Source: an uncultured virus (IMG/VR IMGVR_UViG_3300028888_000112) (lineage: Duplodnaviria > Heunggongvirae > Uroviricota > Caudoviricetes). Taken from it: DNA of 64,000 nucleotides. The notes beneath the pieces are model-generated. The model was not told where the DNA came from and searched no databases. It was given only the letters and a program-made list of their open reading frames with translations. The DNA lies in IMG/VR virus record IMGVR_UViG_3300028888_000112; one strand, 5' to 3'. Shown in pieces: positions 45,846-56,085 of the stretch. The translations under genes were made by a program, and so were the position numbers. Positions within the stretch are counted from its first letter, which is position 1, and every line of letters starts with the position of its first letter.

Positions 45846-46313
45846 ATGGATAAGCTAAAAATTGTAACCGAGCTCAAGAAGTACTTTAAGGTACAGGAGC
45901 TTGTAGATAAGCTTACGTATCAGCGGTGGGGGGAGTCTGCGTGGAACTTCCTTGACGGTAGGCTGCTTGAGGTTATTCTTATACTGCGTCGCGACATGCT
46001 TAAAGTGCCGCTTGTGTGCAACGACTGGTTGTACGGTGGCAAGAACGAGCAGCGCGGTTTGCGGACGAACCTGAGTCCGTTGGTAAAGCAGAAGACGGAT
46101 AAGAACGTGTTATATTTGTCGCAGCACTGTCTTGGCTGTGCGGTTGACCTTGTGTCGTCGAAGATGACGGCGGAGGATATGCGCAAGCTAATCGTTAAGA
46201 ACGCGGACAAGCTACCGTGCAAGCTGCGAGTAGAAGCTGACGTGAACTGGTTACATATAGACGTGATGGACGATATAACGAAAAAGGACAAGGTTTACTT
46301 ATTTAAGGCTTAG
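45846..46313 (+). CDS. endolysin, peptidase M15 family
   Basis: RGLR, SQHCLGCAVD, WLHID zinc-ligand motifs. Confidence 0.8.
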   Translation: MDKLKIVTELKKYFKVQELVDKLTYQRWGESAWNFLDGRLLEVILILRRDMLKVPLVCNDWLYGGKNEQRGLRTNLSPLVKQKTDKNVLYLSQHCLGCAVDLVSSKMTAEDMRKLIVKNADKLPCKLRVEADVNWLHIDVMDDITKKDKVYLFKA

Positions 46314-46315
46314 TT

Positions 46316-46711
46316 ATGTTGTGGACTAAGGATAGCGATTTGGAGTTGTTTTTGGCGTTTTACGACAAGAGCGGCATTCCTATTGACGTAACCAAGGAGT
46401 GGTTGTCGATGGAGGTGAAGGTGGGGCGTGCCTTGTTTGATGCGGACTCAAATCCGCTTAAGGAGGTTGTGGACGAGGAGACGGGGGAGACTACCGTTGG
46501 GGAGTTTACAAACTGCTACATAACCACCTACGACGGTGAGGTTGGGATCATGGTTGTTATTCCGTCGGACTCGCTTGACTTTGGCACGGTGTACGTGCGG
46601 AGCTGCGTGCACGAGGCTAACGAGCACTACCCCGACGGCTATAAGGACGTGTGGAACGTTTGGATTCCGATGGACTTGGCTATTGTAACGGAGAAGGGAC
46701 TTAATCAGTAA
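46316..46711 (+). CDS. putative structural protein
   Basis: 131 aa, beta-rich, first gene of fibre cluster. Confidence 0.55.
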   Translation: MLWTKDSDLELFLAFYDKSGIPIDVTKEWLSMEVKVGRALFDADSNPLKEVVDEETGETTVGEFTNCYITTYDGEVGIMVVIPSDSLDFGTVYVRSCVHEANEHYPDGYKDVWNVWIPMDLAIVTEKGLNQ

Positions 46712-46715
46712 GAGC

Positions 46716-47825
46716 ATGGATAGGTTGGAGGTTTTTACGACAAACGGCACGTTTTTGAGGGTTAACATCCCTTTGATAAACGTTGCGGACAACGGCAAGA
46801 AGTACGTGTCGTATGCTGAGGAGCAGGAGAAGACGGAGGATGAGAGGGCGCGTGCCCGACACAACGTCGGGATCACGGACGAGATGTACGAGTTTATAAA
46901 GAAGGGCGGCGGCGACACGCCTGTTGTGACGGGTGATATAGAGGTGGACGAGCTGACAATGAAAAAGCGGCTCAACCCCGAGACGGGCAACAACGTGATC
47001 TACTCCGTGGACAGTCTGCTTGACGACGAGAACGGGATCACGGTGATGGGCACAAACGTCGGCAACCTGCACAGCGGGGACAGGATCGAGTGCGGCTCTA
47101 CCATTTGGGACGTTATAAGGCGGATAGTTACGAACGTGATAGACGTTGTGGCAACCACGCCGTCCGTAACGCTTAGATCAAGCAGCAGCGTGGGCACGGT
47201 TGAGTTGGGCTCGTCGCTGACGCAGACGCTTTCGGTATCGTATGCCGACGGCTACTTTAGCGGAGCGAGCGGGTACTCGTACAGGCTTAACGCGGGGTGC
47301 GCTCAGGGTGCTACGGTGTTCAAGAGGAACGGTGCTGTTGTGGAGGCTACAAACACGACCGTCTTTGACGTGGTTGGCGGCTTTAGCTTTTCGTCGGTGA
47401 CCGCTTACGGGGCGAGCACGGCTGTGCCGAAGAAGAACGACGGTACGGACTCGTCGGTGCGTATATCGGCGGGGGACGCTGTGTCTAACGTGATAACGGT
47501 GACGGCTTCAAAGAAGATATTTTACGGTAACGCGACTGCGCTGCCTGCGGACAACGCTGCGGTGCGCGCGTTGGGTAGCAAGTGGAGTGCGGCGGGGGGC
47601 ATCAACCTGCCCAATATAGGCAGCGGCTTTGTTGTTGTGCTGCCGACGGAGCGCAGCCTGACGGTAGCGGTTACGGGTAACAATCAGTATCTGTACCCCG
47701 ACAGCGACTTTACAAGAGGAACGGTTACGGTGGTGTACGCGAACGGTGCGGTAGAGGTGTATAACGCGTACTTGTTTAAGCCCGCGACCGCAATGGATAC
47801 GAATGTTGTAATAACGATAGGGTGA
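46716..47825 (+). CDS. putative fibre/decoration protein
   Basis: Ser/Thr/Gly-rich, beta-rich composition. Confidence 0.6.
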   Translation: MDRLEVFTTNGTFLRVNIPLINVADNGKKYVSYAEEQEKTEDERARARHNVGITDEMYEFIKKGGGDTPVVTGDIEVDELTMKKRLNPETGNNVIYSVDSLLDDENGITVMGTNVGNLHSGDRIECGSTIWDVIRRIVTNVIDVVATTPSVTLRSSSSVGTVELGSSLTQTLSVSYADGYFSGASGYSYRLNAGCAQGATVFKRNGAVVEATNTTVFDVVGGFSFSSVTAYGASTAVPKKNDGTDSSVRISAGDAVSNVITVTASKKIFYGNATALPADNAAVRALGSKWSAAGGINLPNIGSGFVVVLPTERSLTVAVTGNNQYLYPDSDFTRGTVTVVYANGAVEVYNAYLFKPATAMDTNVVITIG

Positions 47826-49546
47826 TGGCGAATAGTTTTGATTTATCGGTAAACGTGCGGAACGCTAACCCGTCCGCCAATATAGACCATTATTACGGCA
47901 CTTACGAGAGTGTTGCTGCCGCTTGCGCGGGTGTGCCGAAGGCGGTGCGCTTGAAAGGTAAGACCGTTGGTATTATTATCGACGGATCTGTAGTGGAGTA
48001 TTGGTGGAGGTCGGGGATAGAAGATTCTGACTTGGTTGTAAAGTTCGGAGTAAACACCACCACCGAGGATGGGTACGTAGAGGAGGTCACTGACATCGAG
48101 GAGGGCAGCACGGGGGTTCTTATAACGAAGGCGGAGCACAAAAAGGGTGACACGCCGCTTGTTCAGTGCTACTTGAATGGTTCTTTGATTCTGCTTGACA
48201 TCTCCAACGACGGGGGCGACATAACGGTTTCGTGGGAGGATATAACAAGTCTTACTCCAAGCGACGTTTTGGATATTGTAATCGTGAGTTCGGACTACGC
48301 TGAGGAGTTTGGGGCGGACGATCCGCTTGTTGTGTCGCTTGCGACTGCCGAGTGCGGGGAGAACCCGATGGTGCAGTGCTTTTGGGACGGAGGCTTGGTG
48401 TTGGTGGACGTTGTCAGGGTTGGCAACGACCTGCACATAAACGCGAGTGAGGAGGTTGAGATTACCGACCTTAAGCCGCTGACGGTGGTTTTGTGCAAGA
48501 ACACGTTTGCGGCTGAGTTTGCGAACCCCAACGAGGGGCACAGCTGCACAATATCAAAGACAACCCACGGCAAGGGTGACAAGCCGTTGGTTCAGTGTTG
48601 GGTTGACAACAAGGTTGTGTTGTTGGATATAGAGAACAGCGGCGGCGACATAACGATATCGTGGGAGAACAGTGAGGACGTCAGCGCATTAAGCGTACTT
48701 AGGATCGTCATTGGCAACGGAGAGGTGAGCAGTCAAACGCGTAGTCTCGACGACTTGGCTGAGATTGCGTGGAGCGGCTCTTACGACGACCTTAAAGACA
48801 GACCTGTGTACGCTGTGCGCTTTGTAAACGCTGCGGGCGGCACAAGCGTGACGCTGCCCGCGTCAAGACACAAGTGCGGCGCAAACGCTATGGTGCAGTG
48901 CAGGGTTGGCGGGTACGTGGCGCAGATAGACACGGACGTGGATGCCAACGGCAACATCACGGTGTCTTGGGGTGTGGCTGAGCTGATAAGCTCGCAGACA
49001 CCGCTTGACATTAGCGTTGTTGGGCTTAGAACGCCTACGCACGACTTTAACGAGGAGATTGTGGTTGACAAGTCCACGATCACGGTTACCATGTTAGACG
49101 AGAGCAGTCGGGACGAGGTTGGCGAGCTTGTGGAACGCTTTGACGTTGGCAGCAGGCTTACGCTTGAGAGCTTCAGCGGGTGGGTTGCGTACTCGGACAA
49201 GTACGAGGTTGGCAGTTGGTTTGCCAACGTAGGCGAGGAGGACGCGGAGTACACCGTGCTGTTAAGCGGCAAGGAGTACGAGCTCAGCTATCGTCTGCTT
49301 GTGACTTGGACAGCGTCGCAGAGGACGGAGGTTGTGGACGAGGTGTACGAAACGGTACGCTACGGCACAACGGTGTCGCTTAGCGGGGTGACGTACCACG
49401 ACGAGGACACGGGGGTTGACCACTCGGTTGAAGAGTGGCAGAACCCTGATAATATAGGAACGCTTGCGGGTGATTTATATATTATGAATGGAGCGTACGC
49501 GAGTGCGGTCACCCTTGTAGGTATAGTTAATATTGTTGAGGGGTAA
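47825..49546 (+). CDS. putative fibre protein with four copies of a ~70-aa domain
   Basis: Repeats P(L/M)VQC...D......I..SW. Confidence 0.65.
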   Translation: MANSFDLSVNVRNANPSANIDHYYGTYESVAAACAGVPKAVRLKGKTVGIIIDGSVVEYWWRSGIEDSDLVVKFGVNTTTEDGYVEEVTDIEEGSTGVLITKAEHKKGDTPLVQCYLNGSLILLDISNDGGDITVSWEDITSLTPSDVLDIVIVSSDYAEEFGADDPLVVSLATAECGENPMVQCFWDGGLVLVDVVRVGNDLHINASEEVEITDLKPLTVVLCKNTFAAEFANPNEGHSCTISKTTHGKGDKPLVQCWVDNKVVLLDIENSGGDITISWENSEDVSALSVLRIVIGNGEVSSQTRSLDDLAEIAWSGSYDDLKDRPVYAVRFVNAAGGTSVTLPASRHKCGANAMVQCRVGGYVAQIDTDVDANGNITVSWGVAELISSQTPLDISVVGLRTPTHDFNEEIVVDKSTITVTMLDESSRDEVGELVERFDVGSRLTLESFSGWVAYSDKYEVGSWFANVGEEDAEYTVLLSGKEYELSYRLLVTWTASQRTEVVDEVYETVRYGTTVSLSGVTYHDEDTGVDHSVEEWQNPDNIGTLAGDLYIMNGAYASAVTLVGIVNIVEG

Positions 49547-49579
49547 TATAGACGTTAAATATTTAACAAGTAAATAGTT

Positions 49580-51055
49580 ATGAAGATTTACAACGATTTG
49601 GATTTACAGGGCAACAAGCTCATAGGGGTTGCAAACCTGCCTAACGACTTGTTGGATGTCAAGCTGCTGCACGCTGACTTGGCTGCAAATCCGCCGCTTG
49701 TGCCTACGTACGCTGAGACGTCGCAGGGTAGCGGTGTTTATGAGTGGATAGACATTCCTGAGTACGGGACTGTAACTCCCGTTGGTACTGAGAACCCCTC
49801 GGAGGAGGGGTGGTACACCCGCAGCGGATCGGGTACGGAGTTAGATCCGTATGTATACACGCTGACCACCGACACGACGGTGGTGTCGGGCACGACCTAC
49901 TACAGAGCTCAGCAGGTTGAAAGGTTTGCGGCTTTGTGCTTTGCGTACCGCGCGTCGGACGGCTCGATAGTTGTTACTGCGGTAAGCATTGCGGACTTCT
50001 TGCAGGAGGCTGAGTTTAAAAACGGTTTGGAGGTTACAAACAGCGGTGAGGTAAACGTCAAGATCGATCCCACTTCGGAGTCGTACTTGACCGTGGGTGC
50101 TAACGGTGTTAAGCTGTCGGGCATCAGCTCTGCACTGGGCAGCCTTGATATAGACCACATCACAGTCCCGCGTGATATATACACTTACTACAATATTGGT
50201 AAGATCCAAAACGCGTCGGGTACAACGCCACAGAAGGTTGCGAGCAGCGGCAACACGCTGAAGCAGCTTTTTGACAACTTGTTCAATATGGACGAGCTGC
50301 AGCCGAGCATTACAAACGCGCCGTCGATTAGCATTTCGATCAGTCAGCCTTCTACAGCCAACAAGCTTATAGGCACGCATCTCAGCTCGGTGTCGTACAC
50401 GATAACGACTTACAACGGCAAGTACACCTACCAAGCCGACGGCTCAACGGGTGTTACTTGGACTAACAGCTACGACCTGACGGGTTCGGACATCGCGAAC
50501 ACCACCGTCAACAGCAAGACGGGCACGCTGACGCTTACGTCGGACTACGTGGTTGGAAAGACAAGCTCGGCGTTTACGTTTGGGGTTGAAGGTAGTCATA
50601 GTGCGGGTACGGTGGCTAAGACAAACCTTGGCAACGACAGCGATCCTGAGGTTAAGATTGCGGCGGGTACAAAAACAGGTTCGGGCTCGTTTAGCGTTAG
50701 CGCAATTTACCCTGCATACTACGGTTTCTGCAGCTCTAACGACGCGGACGACGCGCAGAGCATGCTTAGCAGCCTGACGCAGATATCAAAAGCCACAAGC
50801 GGCGTGTCGGGGACTACCTACGATTTGTCAACCGTAACAAACGAGGCGGGCAACGGGAAGTACTTTTGGATGGTTACCAAAGGGGACAGCACGGCTGAGT
50901 CGCTGACCGTGTCGGTTGTTAACGCTGCGGTTTCAAAGACGCTGACCGTTCCAAGCGACTCGACAATAAGTATGGGAACGTACAAGGTTTACATCTCAAA
51001 GAGTCCGTATGATCTCGGAACTCAAAACATTGTGATGCATATAACAGGTTTGTAA
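49580..51055 (+). CDS. putative fibre/decoration protein
   Basis: Ser/Thr-rich; ENPSEEGWY...DTTVVSGTTYY segment. Confidence 0.65.
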   Translation: MKIYNDLDLQGNKLIGVANLPNDLLDVKLLHADLAANPPLVPTYAETSQGSGVYEWIDIPEYGTVTPVGTENPSEEGWYTRSGSGTELDPYVYTLTTDTTVVSGTTYYRAQQVERFAALCFAYRASDGSIVVTAVSIADFLQEAEFKNGLEVTNSGEVNVKIDPTSESYLTVGANGVKLSGISSALGSLDIDHITVPRDIYTYYNIGKIQNASGTTPQKVASSGNTLKQLFDNLFNMDELQPSITNAPSISISISQPSTANKLIGTHLSSVSYTITTYNGKYTYQADGSTGVTWTNSYDLTGSDIANTTVNSKTGTLTLTSDYVVGKTSSAFTFGVEGSHSAGTVAKTNLGNDSDPEVKIAAGTKTGSGSFSVSAIYPAYYGFCSSNDADDAQSMLSSLTQISKATSGVSGTTYDLSTVTNEAGNGKYFWMVTKGDSTAESLTVSVVNAAVSKTLTVPSDSTISMGTYKVYISKSPYDLGTQNIVMHITGL

Positions 51056-51075
51056 AAAGATAAAGAGCTACGGTT

Positions 51076-51633
51076 ATGGCAGATAAAAAGACTTCAAGTA
51101 CGACAAAAAATACGAAGACGCAGTTAGGCTTAACGCTTGCGCCTGCGGCGAGCTCGTACCCGATCTCCTACGTAGAGGACAATTGGGACGTAGTAACGGA
51201 TGCGGCTTCCGCTCTTGGGGTGCGGCTTGGTGGTACGGGACAGTACGATCAGCACACCATCAACGAGGCGTTGGCGAGCGGTGCTACGATAGAGTACGAC
51301 TACGACACGTCGGACTCGGTTTTTGATCCGACAACGGACAAGGGCATTCCTTCGGTTAACGCCTACGTCAAAGTGCCGTCGTACTACTACATGACCTTTG
51401 ACAACACGGAGGAGGTAGACGGAGTGGTTACTCCGTTAGATCCGCCCGCGCACGCGCTGACGATTCCGATTACGGCGTGCGGCAACTGTCCTATTGTGCA
51501 GGTTGTTCAGGACGGACACGTGGTATTTTGCGACATAGATGTTAATATTGGCACGGGATCGGTGACGATTAATTGGGGTACAACAATCACGGTTAACGCG
51601 TCGCATCCTTTGTACATTTCAATAATTGGTTAA
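51076..51633 (+). CDS. putative fibre component
   Basis: N-terminus shared with 51637; C-terminal PIVQV domain. Confidence 0.65.
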   Translation: MADKKTSSTTKNTKTQLGLTLAPAASSYPISYVEDNWDVVTDAASALGVRLGGTGQYDQHTINEALASGATIEYDYDTSDSVFDPTTDKGIPSVNAYVKVPSYYYMTFDNTEEVDGVVTPLDPPAHALTIPITACGNCPIVQVVQDGHVVFCDIDVNIGTGSVTINWGTTITVNASHPLYISIIG

Positions 51634-51636
51634 CAA

Positions 51637-52572
51637 ATGGCTGTAAATCCAAAAACGAGTAGTCAGGACAAGAACGCGAAGACGCAGTTAGGCTTAACGC
51701 TTGCGCCTGCAGCAAGTTCGTACCCGATCTCTTACGTAGAGGATAATTGGGACGTAGTGCAGAGCGGCAGCGACTTGGCGGCGGTTCTTGGAGCGACTGG
51801 GCAGTTTGATCAGCACTCGATAAACGAGGCGTTGGCGGGCAACAGCGGCGGCGGTGACACGTACAGCGGAGCTGCGACCGTCACCGTAGGCGGTATTGCC
51901 ACGGGGCAGACGTTTACAAACGCGACGTTCCAACAGGTGGTGGACGCGCTTATCAACCCGTACGCAAAGCCGTCCGCTACGCTCACGTTGAGCGTTTCAA
52001 CGGCGCAGGAGTACGGTGCGACAATAAGCAGCGTCACAATGTCGGTGGCTGCCGTCAAGAACACAAACCCGATCTACGGAATCAAGTTCAAGGTTGGGGA
52101 CACGGTTGTGGACACGCAGACGGGCAGCACGGTTGCGGACGGTGGAACGTTTACGTATACGTACTCCACATCCTTTAGCACCGACACGACGTTCAGTGTG
52201 ATTGTGTCGGACGACGAGAACTACTCGGCGAGCGGCTCAAGCACGGACTCAAAGACGGTAAGCTTTAGCAAGCACGTTTACTACGGCAGCGTATCGAGCA
52301 CAACCGCTCCTACGTCAGGCACGGGGCTGTTGCACGCGGCAAGCGTGTCAAGCGGGGTAAACATCACGACGGCGAGCGGCGAGTACGTTGTCTTTATGTC
52401 GCCCACCTCAAAGACGAGCATACAGCAGCTTATTATTGGAACTTGGTACGATATAGCGACAACAAACAAGGGCACGGTAACGTTTACCTTATCGACGGGG
52501 GCAACGGAGACCTATTATTGCTATATGTCGAATCAAATGGTGGCGGCAACCGAAAAGTATAAATTGGTATAG
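51637..52572 (+). CDS. putative fibre component
   Basis: Shared N-terminus KTQLGLTLAPAASSYPISYVEDNWDVV; Thr-rich. Confidence 0.65.
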   Translation: MAVNPKTSSQDKNAKTQLGLTLAPAASSYPISYVEDNWDVVQSGSDLAAVLGATGQFDQHSINEALAGNSGGGDTYSGAATVTVGGIATGQTFTNATFQQVVDALINPYAKPSATLTLSVSTAQEYGATISSVTMSVAAVKNTNPIYGIKFKVGDTVVDTQTGSTVADGGTFTYTYSTSFSTDTTFSVIVSDDENYSASGSSTDSKTVSFSKHVYYGSVSSTTAPTSGTGLLHAASVSSGVNITTASGEYVVFMSPTSKTSIQQLIIGTWYDIATTNKGTVTFTLSTGATETYYCYMSNQMVAATEKYKLV

Positions 52573-52574
52573 TT

Positions 52575-53840
52575 ATGGCAGTAGGATTTGGAACGCAGAT
52601 ACAGAGCAACTTGGCAAGCAAGCATCTGCTTGATGCCGATAATATAAAGGGTGGTTTTTGCGTTGTTGAAAGCAGTAGCGTAAGAGACGCTTTGCCTGTG
52701 GCAAACGGAAGCGACGACGGCGTTGTTGTTGAGGGCAGCTTTGTTTTCAATAAGGGGGACGGCAAGTTCTATCAGTACAAGCAGACAAGCTCATCACCGC
52801 TTACTTACGGTTGGGTAGAGGGGTTGGGAGTACCATCGAACGTTGTTAAGTACACTTATGATAGTTCGTCGGATACCAACACAATCAACTTGCCTGTAAA
52901 TGCCATTTTTAATGACGATATTATTCCAACCAATGGGACGCAGGTTAATTTGGGTGGCAGTGATAATTACTTTTACAAAGGATTTATATCAAAGCTATTC
53001 GTTAATAATGCTCAAGCCACAAATGGTTTTAATGTTTTTACTGAATCAGGTTCAATAGGTGAAGGGGATTATAGAAAAAACACGTGCACTTTTGAATATG
53101 ACCCGAGAGATAGTGTAGGAGCTATAAAATCACATTATTACCATTATTACGAAGGCGAGGAATCGGAGTCAACTTATGTAGTGACGTTCCCTTACAAAAA
53201 GGATGGAGAATTAGCCTTGCTTGAAGACATTGAGTACAATACCGCAGGTGCAACTAACAAAGCATCAACAAAAATGTATCTTGTCGGTGCAGAAAGTCAA
53301 GGTAGTAGTCCGCAGACATATTCTAACTCAAATTGTTATATTGGTACTGACAACTGCTTATATTCGGGTGGTACAAAAGTTTTGACAGCTCACCAAGATA
53401 TTAGCGGCAAAGCACCAAACAACCATGCGTCGTCGGCGACTACTTACGGTGTTGGTACAAGCAGCAACTACGGACACATGAAGTTGGGTGCTGCGAACCA
53501 AAACGGCGCAACAGCCGCAAACGGTGTATGTGCGCCAAACGGACACACTCATAGTCAATATCTGACAAGCCATCAAACGGTTACTTCAACAAGTAACGCG
53601 TGTTCAATAATGCAGGCGGGTTCGAAACAAACTTTTAATTTGCCGCTTCGTTATGTTGGAAGCTCAAGAGTGCCTGCTACATATTATGTGAGCAGCATAA
53701 CATCCTATGGTCTTGGTACACCCGTTACAGGTTCGTTTGTTGCGGGGGACACCATTTTTTTCGCAGAATATAGTGGTACGATTGCAGCTTGGTTTTTTAA
53801 TGGTTCGTCTTGGAGTTCTATAAACTTAAAGAAGGCTTAA
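52575..53840 (+). CDS. putative tail fibre protein
   Basis: LTAHQDISGK, NHASSATTYG, GHTHSQY fibre-type motifs. Confidence 0.7.
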   Translation: MAVGFGTQIQSNLASKHLLDADNIKGGFCVVESSSVRDALPVANGSDDGVVVEGSFVFNKGDGKFYQYKQTSSSPLTYGWVEGLGVPSNVVKYTYDSSSDTNTINLPVNAIFNDDIIPTNGTQVNLGGSDNYFYKGFISKLFVNNAQATNGFNVFTESGSIGEGDYRKNTCTFEYDPRDSVGAIKSHYYHYYEGEESESTYVVTFPYKKDGELALLEDIEYNTAGATNKASTKMYLVGAESQGSSPQTYSNSNCYIGTDNCLYSGGTKVLTAHQDISGKAPNNHASSATTYGVGTSSNYGHMKLGAANQNGATAANGVCAPNGHTHSQYLTSHQTVTSTSNACSIMQAGSKQTFNLPLRYVGSSRVPATYYVSSITSYGLGTPVTGSFVAGDTIFFAEYSGTIAAWFFNGSSWSSINLKKA

Positions 53841-53889
53841 TTATATATAATAGTAAAACAAGCATTTAAACATTTAAAAACGTGCAATT

Positions 53890-55236
53890 ATGAGGGTTTT
53901 GAGCAAGTTAGACATGGGCAACAACAGTATAGAAAATGCGAGGTTTGAGTTAGTACCGACTATACCAAACGGTGTGGAGGATAATATTGTCAAGATTGGC
54001 GCAAGCGGAGCGTTGGTTGATAGCGGTGTTAGTATCAGTGAGGTTGGTGGTGGTGGCGATATGTCGAACTACTACACCAAGACGGAGGTTGATGCCGCTC
54101 TTGACGAAAAGCAAGACGTTATTGCAGACTTGGCTGATATACGGAGCGGTGCTGCTTTGGGTGCTACGGCACTGCAGGAGCATCAGGATATCAGCGGCAA
54201 GCAGGACGTGCTTGTTAGCGGCACAAACATCAAGACGATCAACAATCAGTCGCTACTCGGTGATGGTAACATCACCATTGAAGGCGGTGGCGGTTCGGCG
54301 GTGCAGTCGGACTGGGAGCAGAACGATAGCTCGGCGGACGACTTTATCAAGCATAAACCCGACTTAAGCGGTTACGTAACCGAGAGCTACGTCTACGAAA
54401 TGGGTTTTGTGACAAGCAACGAAATTGCCGACTTTGTAACAGAGTCTGACGTGGCAAATTACCTGACCGAGAACAACTACACCACAACGAGCGACATTCC
54501 TGACGTGAGTGACTTTGTAACCGAGAGCCACATCTACGAAATGGGTTTTGTGACAAATAGTGATATTGCGGATTTTATAACAGAGTCTGATGTAGCTAAT
54601 TATTTAAGTAATGAAGGATACGTAACAAGCAGTGATCTTTCAAACTTTATAACGGAGACCGATGTAGCTAATTACTTGAGTAACGAAGGATACGTAACAA
54701 ACAGTGATCTTTCAAACTTTATAACGGAGACCGATGTGGCTGAATATTTAAGCAGTGAAGGTTATATGACGCAGTCAGATGTTGCTGATTATTTAAGTAA
54801 TGAAGCTTATGTAACTGAAAGTTTCTTAAGTGATACTGGTTATGTAACCGAAGAGTTTTTGAGCACCAACGAATATATTAATGCGTCTAATATTGAAGAT
54901 GCCATCAGTACTTACCTTAGTGATTTTATCACAGGCGACGTATTGGTTAAGTATGTTACGGAGATTGATGCAAAGCCCAACTACGCGACGGTGGAGATAA
55001 CCGATACGGATACTCAGGGAAGCTACACTTACACGATTGATACAAGCTCTTTGAATGTAGGAGCACTACCAATTGTGCAGGTAACGTACAACGGACAGGT
55101 TCTCTTTACGGATATTACCGTAACGATAGACTCGTCAAACAGCGAGATTGTTGTAACTTGGGATGACACCAAGTACTCGGTTGACTCAAACAACCCGTTA
55201 ACGGTGGTAATCATCGGTCAAGCTCCTGCGCAATAA
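53890..55236 (+). CDS. putative fibre protein with FxTExDVAxYLSxEGY repeats
   Basis: KQD.LVSGTNIKTIN.QSLLG.GNI motif; tandem peptide repeats ~54360-54870. Confidence 0.7.
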   Translation: MRVLSKLDMGNNSIENARFELVPTIPNGVEDNIVKIGASGALVDSGVSISEVGGGGDMSNYYTKTEVDAALDEKQDVIADLADIRSGAALGATALQEHQDISGKQDVLVSGTNIKTINNQSLLGDGNITIEGGGGSAVQSDWEQNDSSADDFIKHKPDLSGYVTESYVYEMGFVTSNEIADFVTESDVANYLTENNYTTTSDIPDVSDFVTESHIYEMGFVTNSDIADFITESDVANYLSNEGYVTSSDLSNFITETDVANYLSNEGYVTNSDLSNFITETDVAEYLSSEGYMTQSDVADYLSNEAYVTESFLSDTGYVTEEFLSTNEYINASNIEDAISTYLSDFITGDVLVKYVTEIDAKPNYATVEITDTDTQGSYTYTIDTSSLNVGALPIVQVTYNGQVLFTDITVTIDSSNSEIVVTWDDTKYSVDSNNPLTVVIIGQAPAQ

Positions 55237-55266
55237 TGATAGCGCGTTAAACAAACGGTGGTTGGC

Positions 55267-56085
55267 ATGAACAAGTTTTCAATTTGCGCGTTAGCCAAGA
55301 ACGAAAACGCCTACATCAACGAATGGGTTAAGCACCACGTTGATTTAGGCGTTGACTTTATTTATTTGTACGACAACAACGACTCGACCGCTCCGTTTGT
55401 CGGGGACTGCATAGATCCCGCGTATCGTGATAAGGTCATGATCATAAACCGCAACGACGAGAACCTGCGCACAAGACAGCAGACGATTTACAACGATTGG
55501 ATTAAAGAGCACTACTTGGAAACGGAGTACTGCGCGTTTATTGATATAGACGAGTTTATTGTAACGGACTCTCTTAGTGGTTTGGTTGCCAAGATGCCGT
55601 CTGATTGCAATATAATGGTTTTAAACTGGGTTAACTACGGTGACGACAATATTATTGAGGGGGACGAGTCGCAACCCGTGCGAAAACGATTCTCAAAGCC
55701 CGCGTACAAGAACTCGGCGTTTTGGAATCGCACGGTCAAGTCCATACTGCGCTGCGATCCCGACAAGAGCTTTGTGGCGTTAAACGCGCACGGCTTTAAG
55801 CAGCGGCACGCAAAGCAGACGTCGTACTGTGACTGCAACGGAGACCACGTGAGGCTGATATCGAGTCTTAAGTTTGCCGTGGATGCGTTTACGCACCACG
55901 AGTCGTATATTGAGCACTACTCAACCAAGTCGCTGTCCGAGTATCTCAAGTACAAGGCAAACCGCATAGGAGTGGTGTGGAACACGGACACGGGCAAGGT
56001 TAGTTATTTTTTTCGAGTAAACATTAAAACTCCCGAAAAGTTACAGTATATTGCGGACTATTATGCGGATACTTGTAACGGGTAG
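55267..56085 (+). CDS. glycosyltransferase (GT-A fold, GT2/GT92-like)
   Basis: KNE..YI.EWV.HH, LYDN, FIDIDEF DxD motif. Confidence 0.85.
   Translation: MNKFSICALAKNENAYINEWVKHHVDLGVDFIYLYDNNDSTAPFVGDCIDPAYRDKVMIINRNDENLRTRQQTIYNDWIKEHYLETEYCAFIDIDEFIVTDSLSGLVAKMPSDCNIMVLNWVNYGDDNIIEGDESQPVRKRFSKPAYKNSAFWNRTVKSILRCDPDKSFVALNAHGFKQRHAKQTSYCDCNGDHVRLISSLKFAVDAFTHHESYIEHYSTKSLSEYLKYKANRIGVVWNTDTGKVSYFFRVNIKTPEKLQYIADYYADTCNG

Noticed and set aside
51113..51758. Diversity-generating retroelement template/variable repeat pair
   Set aside because: Both copies are N-terminal coding regions, differences are mostly synonymous and not adenine-specific, and no reverse transcriptase is present.
54360..54870. 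Non-coding repeat array
   Set aside because: In-frame peptide repeats of a fibre protein.
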